Shown piece by piece: positions 39,001 through 50,700 of a DNA stretch of 64,000 nt. Source of the stretch: Antedon mediterranea (lineage: Eukaryota; Animalia; Echinodermata). How positions within the stretch are numbered: the first letter of the stretch is position 1; each line of letters starts with the position of its first letter. The stretch spans positions 1,394,201 to 1,458,200 of the forward strand of contig NC_092679.1 in NCBI RefSeq assembly GCF_964355755.1, written 5' to 3'. Under the pieces are notes generated by a model. The model was not told the DNA's origin. It did not search any database and saw nothing but the letters and a program-made list of their open reading frames with translations. Position numbers and translations under genes: made by a program.

Positions 39001-40970
39001 CAATTGTGGTTCAGTTAGCCCAGCCATATGTCATAGGATCCATTAGGTAATGAATATTTATGAGTTGAAATCAACCAACATGCTTCTAAGCCACTCCTAA
39101 AACTCTGTCTACACTATCAAACTTTATGTGATAACAAAATGTGATGTGCCCATATATGGACATAATGATGTCATATCACTATCATATTTGGGCACATCAC
39201 CACCATATTTGGGCACATCACTGCCATATTTGGGCACATCACACTTTTTAATGGTCTTACAGAATGCTCCTTTGGGATTGTGATGACCGTACTTACAGTT
39301 ACCATATTGAAGTATCAACAGATAACCAAACATGGATACGGGTAGCTGACAAAACCAAAGAGAATTGCAGGTGACGACATTAACTATTCATTTTTAATAC
39401 ATACACCTGTATTTAAAAGATTAAGAATAATTTAGAATAGCATGCTTCTATACATAACATTCGATAGTGAAATTTTACAACAGAAGTAATTGACATACAG
39501 TAAAATGATATTGTGAGGCGCCTCTGATATGTTGTGAGGCGCCTCTGATATGTTGTGAGGCGCCTCTGATATGTTGCGAGGCGCCTCTGATATGTTGCGA
39601 GGCGCCTCTGATATATTGCGAGGCGCCTCTGATATATTGCGAGGCGCCTCTGATATATTGTGAGGCGCCTCTGTGTTTAATATTGAATTAAAAAAATTAT
39701 TTTAAAAAATGATGATATTTAATATTGTAGTACTAGCCTAACCAATTTATCTAATCTGCAAAAAAACATCTTTAAATTAATTTAGCCTGAAGAAAAAGAT
39801 GCAATAAATATTGTATAATTTATTTAATGGCTTGTCATAATGATAATCATTTTTTATTTTGTTTTTTTATTTAGGTCATGGCAGACTCTGACCTTTGCCC
39901 TTAGGGCTGTGGCTTTCATTAAGATAGTAGGCACACGTAACACAGCAAATGAAGTGAGTATAGTACCCATGGGGATCATACACTTTTTGTAAATGAATCC
40001 AGAATGCACATATAAACAAAAATATGGACCTTCACAATATACTATCACACATTTAAACATCATTATCGTCAAGTCAAGCTGTGCCTACATAATTCTAATA
40101 CTCCCAATAATTTTTTCAACTTCTTATTTAATAATTTATATTTTCAAAAAGTGACACAAAAGGATTTAAGCAGATATTACGTAAGCTTAAAACGCCCTCC
40201 AAATCAGTCCCAAACAGTTGACATTCGCAGATTGGATTTCCCTTGTTGCGTAGCCTAAAAATTAAATCCTAAAAATGAAACTAAAGGATGTTTAAGTAGA
40301 CAAAGGTAATAAATAGGGATGATTAACTTTGAATAGTTGCCAAGTATTATTATACATTAAATATATATATATACTCATTCATTATCTTTGCCTGATGTGT
40401 ATATATTCATTCATTATCTTTGCCTGATGTGTATATATTCATTCATTATCTTTGCCTGATGTGTATATATTCATTCATTATCTTTGCCTGATGTGTATAT
40501 ATTCATTCATTATCTTTGCCTGATGTGTATATATTCATTCATTCATACACATTTATTCAGTTATAACAATAGCTGGGGCCTGCACTAGAAGCAAACGCTT
40601 GTCTCATGAGGGCCTCTACAATACATATATATAATACATAGAACGAAATATAAAACAACAAACAATATAATATATAAATTATTTATGCAATAAAATATAA
40701 GTTATTTAATATTGAATAAAGAGAATACGGTCGCAAATTATTGACTAAAAAAAAAGTAGACCAACTTTAATTTTTAATTTCTAAATTGATTTGACATTGT
40801 GTAGTTGTCCAAATAATTGAATATAAAACATTATTGTTGTTTTTGTTGAGGTATTCCACTGTGTCCATGTTGAATGCCCGGCACAAAAAGAAGAAATTCA
40901 AAGCGATGGCGACAGCGCTTCATCTGGAAAACTTTCTCCAACTGTTGCAGGTGCAGAGGGTGGATTTTAA
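36053..40970 (+). CDS. BTBD9: BTB/POZ domain-containing protein 9 (BTB-BACK plus two discoidin-like domains), 10 coding exons, about 591 aa
   Basis: BTB motif FPAHRVILAARCEYFRALLYGGMRES, LLDGDHTNYDLDRGFTRHPI, EGVSRSRNALLNGDTKHYDWDSGYTCHQLGSG, GTRNTANEVFHCVHVECP. Exons 36053-36240, 36433-36799, 37022-37286, 37520-37748, 38059-38178, 38366-38475, 38857-39046, 39263-39370, 39875-39953, 40851-40970 (sum 1776 nt). Confidence 0.95.
37308..37419. mobile_element. MITE-like inverted repeat in a BTBD9 intron
   Basis: Arms of about 38 bp, GGGAGCTTTCGATTTGCGAGGAC... / ...GTCTTCGCAAATTGAAAGCTCCC, preceded by TTA. Confidence 0.7.
37762..37923. mobile_element. MITE family A
   Basis: Both TIRs, TTA/TTA TSD, 13 nt into a BTBD9 intron. 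Confidence 0.85.
38505..38755. repeat. Dispersed semi-palindromic repeat, related copy at about 50755-50932
   Basis: Shared CTCCACA..TGGCAT, ATTCTGTAATACAGTATCA and TGATACAT.TGTGACAC. Confidence 0.55.
39102..39248. mobile_element. MITE family A, right TIR missing
   Basis: Left TIR and three 21-bp units, ends about 12 nt before the BTBD9 acceptor at 39261-39262. Confidence 0.8.
39507..39673. repeat. Tandem repeat, 21 bp x 8
   Basis: Unit ATATRTTGYGAGGCGCCTCTG. Confidence 0.95.
40372..40545. repeat. Tandem repeat, 32 bp x 5
   Basis: Unit ATTCATTCATTATCTTTGCCTGATGTGTATAT. Confidence 0.95.
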
Positions 40971-43900
40971 TTTTAGGAATAATATCGATAAATTATTTAT
41001 TAAATTAATTTTGATGATGTGTATTATTATTTTTTAATAACTTATTTATTATGAAACTTAAGTTGAAAGATGTCTTTCACACCTGACATTAAAAATATAC
41101 AATGAAAGCCATTCATTTACGGTTATATCACTCATAATTGAGCTGGGTTTTTTAAGGAGGGCGGGGAGGATATGTTGTACTTTTATTGTATGTTTTGATT
41201 ATTGTATTTTTTGATTATGCTCAAAATAAATGTCATTTTTATTGATCATCATGGACAATTTTTGGCGATGATTACGCGTGCGCTATAGAAGTACTTTTTT
41301 TCGTGACACACGCAACCCACCTTGTCCCCCTCTTACAAACAAGAGGTAATTATTATGAGTAAACTTTTTACTGAAGGTCAGCAAGTCATTGTTCATTGAT
41401 ATTACATAAATATTGAATTTGTTATAAAATTTTAGAAACCTATTTAAAAGTCTGTTTGCATGAAATTAAGCTGAGCTTTATAGAACCTACTGTACCTGGG
41501 ATTGGGGGGTGGGGGGCTGGCATTTTAAGTTGGGAAATTCCACTGTAATGCACTGTATTGCAATATGAAAATATTATATATAAATATGTATTTATCTCGA
41601 TATCTCCAAGCTTTGAAATTCATTGTGACCAATCTAGAATGTGTGTGGTAGACATAATTTTTGTGAGATTGTATTTGTAAATGCTTAGAAAAACGAAATA
41701 ACCCAGAGTGAATATTTTATGTGAGGTATGGTACGCATATCTCAATATAGCCTCCCACCACACGTTTCCCTGTCTACCTTGTGACATTGTAGATTAAGTG
41801 CTAATCCTATTTGTAAATTTTTCAGTCGTATCGCAGTGCAATTTTACATCGATTTGTCTATAGCTTTTTTTATATTTTACCTTTTTGAATTATGACCTAT
41901 GTATAGTTTATTATTTTTTGATTATTGTATGTTTATTTTATGGTAATATTATTTCTTGATTTTGAATGTTATTTTAGTTGACCTGGTCCAACATATGCAT
42001 TTTTTTAAAAACATTAGTAAGCCTTTATCAGAGTATTAAAATACTTTTTGGTCAATAATTGACATGTGTTGATTTTGTTGTCGATTGGTATATTGATTGA
42101 AATATTAGATAATAATAATATATATGATGGCGATAAAATCAAACAAAAAATAGATAACATTTCTGGCGACGCGTTTGAAATGTACAGTAATGCAGTACAA
42201 AAGATTTTATAGTTTAAAACCATTACGAAAGCGATAATTTAGATATGTGGCAATAAAATCAGAAGCTAATAGTACAAGTGGCACGTTTGAAGATTAAAAC
42301 AACGAAAAACCGAAAATAAGACAACTCTGATGCCAGTGAGCATGTCAATGATAAAGTTTCAATAACCAACAATAGTGCATTTCCCATGCGAAAGTTATAG
42401 AACTCTCAACAAGCCCACGCACTTCAACACTTTTATAGATTAAACCTTTTTAATCTGCATTTTATCTCTAGACGTGATAAGACAGATGATAATTCTGAAA
42501 ATTAATTTCAGACACTCTGCAAAAATATTGTATCGATTTAATATATTAACAAAATAATGTATGAATAGTGTTTTTAAATGTATACGTTTTCAATAAATCT
42601 ATGTTTTTATGCTTTTGTATACTGTACAGGAAAAAGTGATATGACGTCACTTATAGCATCATCAGATATTTCCTAGTCTTATGATTATCACGTGTGTGTG
42701 TGTGTGTAAGCAACACTCAAAACCACACTTCTTTAGCCCGCTTTAATAGTCCCCCCGTGTATTCTTAAAATAGTAACATTTCAAGTTTTTATATTTCACG
42801 TAAGCCAGCAGGAACAAACAAAAGACTACTTTCGTTCTTTTAACTTATTCAAAAAATGAAGCTGATGTTTTGAGCACAAAAGCTGCGTCATTCAGCACAT
42901 TTTTATCAAATGTTTGTATGAATTAATACCTTTGTATGTTGATGTACTTTTTTATACGTCACAAAGGAAGATAAATTCAAAGTGAAAATATTTGTTATAA
43001 CATTCAATTATATTTCATATCACATATTCTGTATTGTTTTACATTATATTAATAATTACATTCTTTCTGTATTATGTACAACATGTTATTAATCTGCAGA
43101 ATATATTAACAATAACAATAATAAATAACAATAGGAAGCATTAATAAAGTAAGCTAGATTTTGATTCGTCATTTTGACAAATTATCTAGGTGATTTTTCG
43201 CAATTGAAGATAAAAACAGAGATAATCGGTAAAAAACAATCTTAAGTTATCTGCGCAAACGTAACATGCATGTTCGGTAACATATATGAGCGCAGGAAGC
43301 TGATGCATGCCATCCTATGGCGTGAAAATAAAAATAAGTTTGAGGTTTTTTTTTTAATAAAAGAGGGCGATTTATAAATGAATGAAATAAGCAAAAAATA
43401 AAAAAAATGAGTTTTAACGATTGAGGATAATAACTCATGTGGCTGCTTTCTGATATTTCTAATTTGTGACACTGGCATATAAATACAGAGTAATGGATAT
43501 AAAACGATGCAGCGCTTGTTAATTAAGGGTAATGGTGTTGTTAACAGCATTTCACATGTTCAATCATTTTTCATTAATTTCACTGACAAGTTAATGCGCA
43601 TTTTGCCCAAATAGCTGTATATTTATACACTTGAACTGCGAAAGGTGATAAATAAAAATATGTTAATAGATATATATTTCTAAGCATAATTCAAACCAAG
43701 GAGTTGACTAGAAAAACCTGATTAAATCGAAAACAAAATTGACAATTTGTTTTAAAAACAGAGAAAGGAAAATAAAAAAATTAAAATAAAAATACCTACA
43801 TAAAAAGGAAATAATGGATATTTAGTAGTGAAATAAATTAATTAGGCATGTAGTACTGCAATGCACAAAATAATATGAATTATAAAAATAATTGAATAAC

Positions 43901-44035
43901 TATCATTTTTAAATGACAAAAAAATTGCCAATTTAACCAATAGACAGTAGGCCTATTTATCATTCCATGATTTAAACAAGTTTGTTTAAGTACATTTACA
44001 AGTACTAAGCCTATATGATGAAATACATTTGCTTA

Positions 44036-44174
44036 AGCTCTGTCTACACTAACAAAATTTATGTGACAAAAAAATTTGATGTGCCAATATATGGACATGA
44101 TGATGTCATATCACTGCCATATTTGGGCACATCAAACTTTTTTGTCCAACTAGTTTAATAGTGTAGACAGAGCT
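44036..44174. mobile_element. MITE family A
   Basis: Both TIRs, TTA/TTA TSD. Confidence 0.85.
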
Positions 44175-44570
44175 TTAAATCCCATGTTACTCTAGTGCTC
44201 ATTAGCAAAATGAAAGTTTCAATCTTTCATCCCCATGGCTGATAATCACGTTTTTTTCATTTAGAAAGCATTTAATTTCAATTTTTCTTGACTATAAATT
44301 TAAATCAATTCATTCCATCTGTATGGTGTTGAATATGATACATTATATGGGTTTGATGCATTGCTGTAAGGACAGTCAATATATAAATTATTTATTAGAA
44401 ATGTTCTTTTTTCCAAATCAACAATTAGTATGTAAAAAAAAAAAAAAAACATTTCTAATAACCAGATGAACATTTTCAATCATATAAATTATTTGTTTCA
44501 ATGTTTTTAACAATATTGAGATGGAAACCTGACGGGCGAGGGAAAGTTGGACATCCAAGAACTATGTGGG

Positions 44571-44702
44571 ATATGATGCAAAGGAAAAGATTGGGTCAGA
44601 TATCTTGGAATGGAGGAACAGAGGGAGCTGCAAGTGGTATGTGATGGAAAGGAAAAGATTGGGTCAGATATCTTGGAATGAAGGAACAGAGGGAGCTGCA
44701 AG
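44571..44702. repeat. Direct duplication of about 65 bp downstream of the pseudokinase stop codon
   Basis: AAAGGAAAAGATTGGGTCAGATATCTTGGAATG.AGGAACAGAGGGAGCTGCAAG occurs twice. Confidence 0.85.
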
Positions 44703-44798
44703 AGACCATTGTAATTGAGATTAGATGGACTAAGACATTAATAGGCTTCTAAATAAACGCTTCAGTTATTTTATCCTTTCTAAGTTGGTTCTTGCTAC

Positions 44799-47700
44799 TC
44801 AAAGTGGAGTTTCTGGAAGGCATTTAAGAAGGAGGTCTTTGATCTCTTGAGATGCAAGTGGTGGTTCCTCTCTCCAACATCTTTCAACAATCTTCACCAT
44901 CTGAAAATATAATAAATATTTTAAATATAAAAAATAAATTTTGCAGCAACCAACACAATATAACATAAATGTCAATCAATCTGCATTTAATAATAAATAT
45001 AGCGTCGGTGTCCTCCACCCAAGTGGTGCTCATTGCACTAAGTGGTGCTCATTGCGAAATATAGTGATATTTTCAGATTAATTTGTAACATATGTATAAT
45101 TTCATGGAAATGAGAAATACAATAAAAGCATGAACTCGATTTAAGAAATTGTCATTAATAGTTGAATTTAAGAAAACAAATTAAAAAGATTTATTGAGAA
45201 ATTACTACTAATTTAATTTGAATTTCTGTAATTCAATCAAATTCAATATTTTAATCATTTGACCACAAGTTCTCCCATTGGGATAATAAATGAACTCTAT
45301 TGAACGGTCAATGACCAGGATCAGAATGTATTTTTATGAATTTGAAAATTAATTTAATGGTAAACTTGTTTTGAGTAAAAGGAAGACACAAATAAAACAA
45401 GATTTTACACAAATACATATTTTTTTAAATACTACTTTAGAATGTGTATCATGGTTTTATAAAGCTTTTAAAACAGCAAAAGCTCCATATTATTAGGGTA
45501 AACAATGTTAAACATAAATGTAATTAAAGAAAGTCACATGAATAATGGGATTAAAATAAATCGACAGACAATCGAATGTGGCAACTAAATTTAAAAGAGT
45601 TAGTCAGAGCAATGAAATATGTATTGAATCCAGGAAACTGTATTTGTATCATAGTAACAAAATTAATTGAATGCATATGGTATATAAAGTAGACCTGGTT
45701 TATCCTTTGAAAGATATACCATAGTACCAGTAGGTCGAGGGTTAACTAGAGAAAATAACTGGTAATGCGTTTTATATTGAAACCTAAAATGTACGTCAGA
45801 CACACAAACCTGTAAATGAAGGTAGCCCTTGTCTCGCCTCAGAATTTGCAACCAATTTGAGAAAGCTTTCGATTTCCTCTCGTCATCTCTGAGCACATCT
45901 ACCGTTACTTCAGGTAACCATGGAAACTGTCGCTGTAGTTCCCCCAAATAATACTGATGATGTTTATTAATGCCAGATGGCAAGAACACTTCGCAGTATT
46001 GTATGTCTGCTGTGTCGATGTTAGTGGTACACAGTTCCGGGATCTCTCCCATATAAACGTCCAAGTTTAATTTTTGCTGGATGGAAACCATCGGGGTGTA
46101 AATATTCTCGTTCCGAATTGTGTTTCTAAGCTGCGGACTAGGAGGCTGATTAAGTGAGTTGTTTAAAGAAATGCAGCAGCATTGTCCAGGTAAAGAATTG
46201 ATTAATGAGTCCGACATATCTAGTTCACATCCTGGTGTGGTTGGCCCATCTGGTAGCTGACATTTTGGACAAACTGATGCAGCACCATTTTTATGAATGT
46301 TTACGTTATCTGCACTACGCCATTTCTTATATAATTGATTGCTGTATTGGCTTCCTTCATATTGAACTTGTAACGGATTGTTCTTTACTTTTGTAAAACA
46401 TGGACTTTTAGCTCCAGTTTTACGAACATAAAATTGCGAGAGAGAACTTTTATGTTTTGGTTCGGGAGTAGTCGGTGATGACGGGACTTTTTCAGTTTCC
46501 TGCCAACTTACATCATCAATTGCACTAGTACTACACGCTTTACGCAGGTCCGAGTAACGCTTATCACTATCTGTTTCTGGAATCGTTTCTGGGATGTTAG
46601 CCCTGCTCTTTTGAACTCCATCTAGAATACTTGAACGATATTCACAATCCTGGTCTGCGTGGCTTTGTATCCACGTTTCAATCATTTGACTAAGTACCGA
46701 AAAGGATGGTAATTCGTTATCTCCAGAGCCTTTTGCGTAAATCGTTGTACGACTCCTGGGAACATTTCGAAAGTGAAAGGGTGTTGGGGAGTGTGAGTTC
46801 AGATGGCGTGACCAGCCCGGAACCTTATTATTTGTACCAAGTACAGAATTATTGTCTTTTTTATTATTCTTCTTTGTGTTAAAATTTGATAATGATTCCT
46901 GTTGGGATGAGATGCCGCTATCGGTGCTGCAGATGCTCTTTCTCTTTGATGAGCCATCAGGAAGGAGTTGTAGAAGATCGTTTGTTGAATCCAGACCAAA
47001 TAGATCATTATCTCCCGTTTCTGTTCCTGATGAATCAGAACTACTTCTTGACTCATTACTTTCCTTCTCAACAGTTTTTTTATTAACTTCTTTTGTAAGT
47101 GTCCTCGAGTTTTTACTTAATTCTTCTTCCAAGCTCTTTGTCGCACATGTTAGCTCACACTGTTTTTTCAAAGTATTCATTTGTTCGTTTTCTTCCTGAA
47201 ATTCTTTGAGTAAATTCACAAGACTTTCTCGATATTTTCTATCGTACAATACTCGATGATTCAGTACTTCGTCAGGTTTTCTCGTGTTTATACCTTCTAA
47301 TTTTTCACTTTCTTTTTCCATTTCCATAACTTGGTTGTGTGCTTCCTCCAGAAGCATGTCCAAATGTTTGGTAGTAAGATCGTTAAAGACTGGAGGTGGC
47401 ATGCTTTGAACAAAATGATGTCTGTGACCACCACCGACATACGCTGCCGTCTTTACTGGATGATCTTCTGCAACATATCGATTCAAACCAGAAAGCTCTA
47501 AAGACTCTTTGATGGACTTTATGTTTCTTATTTGCAATGGTGATGACGTTACCTCTGCATCTACACTTTTTGGAGAATATTCTTGAGGTGTTTGGTCGGG
47601 TTTATCAGTTTCAACATTCAATTTGTTTTCAGTTTCTTCATCACCTTTAAGAAATGCAAAATTATTTTTTCCAGAAGCACTGAGATGCTTTCGACAATTA

Positions 47701-50700
47701 TCCGTTGATGACCATAACAACATCTCACACAACATAATACCAAATGCACGGACATCTGCTACAAAGAGTTCCACATTTTCCGCCCACTCACTGTCATGAA
47801 AGACTTTTAAGGAGATCGAACCTGGAACATTCAGGTAATGATCTTCAATTGTTCTGTTTGCTTCCTCTTGCTTTTGTAATGTTCCTCCACGTTTTCTTCG
47901 TCTGATAGTTGAAACATCCTTTGCTTTTCCGAATTCTGATATTACCACTCTAAATTCTGAATTCTGAAATTGAATAAATATACAATTAGTGATTTGTTAC
48001 TACTAAATATGCAATCTAAAATTTTTTTTTCTTCAAAATTAATATACTGTAATAATAAAATGAATAAAAACATAAATGTTAAGTCATACATACTAATTAT
48101 CTTATATTTAATTATGCAATGTGAACAACGAACATATGGACATAATTAATCAAACTTCATCATCAAGTCATTAACAATTTCGATCCAATATTTTTAATTA
48201 ACTGTTGCATCTCTCCTTGGAAATGACTTTGGGATTTTAAAGAAATGTTGACTTTTTACAAACTTTGATGGATATTGTATTCCTTGTGGATATTTTATTA
48301 ATAAAACATTTTTTTAGATTCATCATCACATGACAACGTGCAAGTGTAAGATTAAAGAATGAACGTAATGGAAGTTAAGAATGAACTTAATGGAAGTTAA
48401 GAATGAACTTAATAAAAGTTAAGAATGAACTTAATGGAAGTTAAGAATGAACTTAATGGAAGTTAAGAATGAACTTAATAGAAGTTAAGAATAAACTTAA
48501 TGGAAGTTAAGAATGAACTTAATGGAAGTTAAGAATAAACTTAATAAAGTTAAGAATGAACTTAATAAAGTTAAGAATGAACTTAATAAAGTTAAGAATG
48601 AACTTAATGGAAGTTAAGAATGATTTTAATTCATTCATCTTTTTATTTCAGAATATCATGATGACATAATATATCCATAGCAAAAGAGAAAAAAAAATCT
48701 TAATCTAAGAGCTCATCATAGAACAAAAATAAAAATATATAATATAAAGTCAATGCAACAAGGCATTCCATTGTATGTGCATTCTTGACAAATAGCCAGG
48801 ATCAAAGAATTACTACTTGCATTCACACAATTTTTAAAACTAAAAACAGATTTTCTAATGAACTCATCAAAGACAAACATCATGCTTGGACTTAATTTCT
48901 AGGCTGCTTCAGCAGCAAACATAAGACATTGTTATAACATACTTTCAGTGATCTCAGAGTGCTTTTATTATATATACACCATTAGGTAATGGAAGTTAAG
49001 AATGAACTTAATGGAAGTTAAGAATAAACTTAATGGAAGTTAAGAATGAACTTAATGGAAGTTAAGAATAAACTTAATGGAAGTTAAGAATGAACTTAAT
49101 GGAAGTTAAGAATAAACTTAATGGAAGTTAAGAATGAACTTAATGGAAGTTAAGAATAAACTTAATGAAAGTTAAGAATGAACTTAATGGAAGTTAAGAA
49201 TAAACTTAATGGAAGTTTAGAATGAACTTAATGGAAGTTAGGAATGAACTTAATGCAAGTTAAGAATGAACTTATTGGAAGTTAAGAATGAACTTATTGG
49301 AAGTTAAGAATGAACTTATTATGGAAGTTAAGAATAAACTTAATGGAAGTTAAGAATGAACTTAATGGAAGTTAAGAATGAACTTAATGGAAGTTAAGAA
49401 TAAACTTAATGGAAGTTAAGAATGAACTTAATAGAAGTTAAGAATGAACTTAATGGAAGTTAGGAATGAACTTAATGGACGTTAAGAATGAACTTAATGG
49501 AAGTTAGGAATGAACTTAATGGACGTTAAGAATGAACAATGACATATCAAACAAACAATATTTCCAATGTAGAAAATTTATGTTAGTATATACCTAAATA
49601 TTAAGTAATAACTACTGACCTCAATACTTCCCCCAATGGAATTTAGTCGGGATTATAAAATAGGATGACTAAGAAGCGTTTAGGCTTTCCAAGGATTTTA
49701 TAACTAAAATCATGGAAAAGTGTTATCACTCTGGGCATCTATTCTGTTGTTAGTTTATTTATTATAATCAAAACTTTTCTTTTTTAATGTTTTGTAGGTA
49801 AAATGTTTAATTTGGATAACAATTCAAAACAACTGAATATACAGTACCAGAAAAAGACAAATGTACAACAGGCGAAAACATTTCTAATAATTAAATTCAT
49901 TTTAATTGGAGTATTAATTTACTTGCGTAGGAAATTAAAAAAAACATTATTCCAGGAAAAAACATGTACAATTAAAATAAATATAATATAAAATGAAACT
50001 ATTCATAAACTTTTATTGGACATTCAACATAGGAAACTTAAATGTCCAATGAAAAGTATTTGTGCCGACGACGGTGCCAGCATTAGGGCCGTCACTACGT
50101 ACCAAGACCTGGGCGTGATGACTCATTGAGAAATACAAGAGTGTAATCCAATTATACTATGGACAAGTCCAGAAGACCAAGGACATTATAGACCAAGATC
50201 AAATACGTTAGTCATTTCTGAATGTTCACAACAGCTGGGATCGACTGAATGTTGACAAAGACACTATATATATATATATATAGCATTGTCATTTTTTTCA
50301 GTAATTTGCCTTAGGATTTATATATATATATATATAAATCCAAAGGCAAATTACTGAAAAAAATGACATAATTTGCCTTTGGATTTATATATATATATAT
50401 ATAAATCCAAAGGCAAATTACAGAAAAAAATGACAATGCTGTGGGTATCAGTGGCTGGATCTCAATGGAGATACAAAAAAAAAAGCGAAAAGCTAAATCA
50501 AAACGATAAAGTAAACAGCCAGAAAAGTTAGCAGAGCTTTCGGGGCAACACTAGCCCTTCATCAGTTCATCATTATTCTTTATTTCAAATAAAAACATAT
50601 GAATGTAACAAACATCCTTAAGGTCACAGCTTGGGGGACCAAGATGCAAGGCAAGACAAGACAACTAATACAAAACACTTAAAATAAGAAGCTAAAAATT

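Noticed and set aside
41230-44030. Possible hidden gene between BTBD9 and the pseudokinase
   Set aside because: The short ORFs have AT-rich non-coding composition and no consistent exon chain was found.
45663-45809. C-terminal 48 codons of the 761-aa ORF
   Set aside because: Probably intron read-through. A donor after 45810 joins in frame to exon 44799-44900, which completes the kinase-like fold.
50085-50215. Possible LINE reverse-transcriptase remnant (VTTYQDLGVM)
   Set aside because: Only one short motif followed by a stop, which is too little to call without a search.
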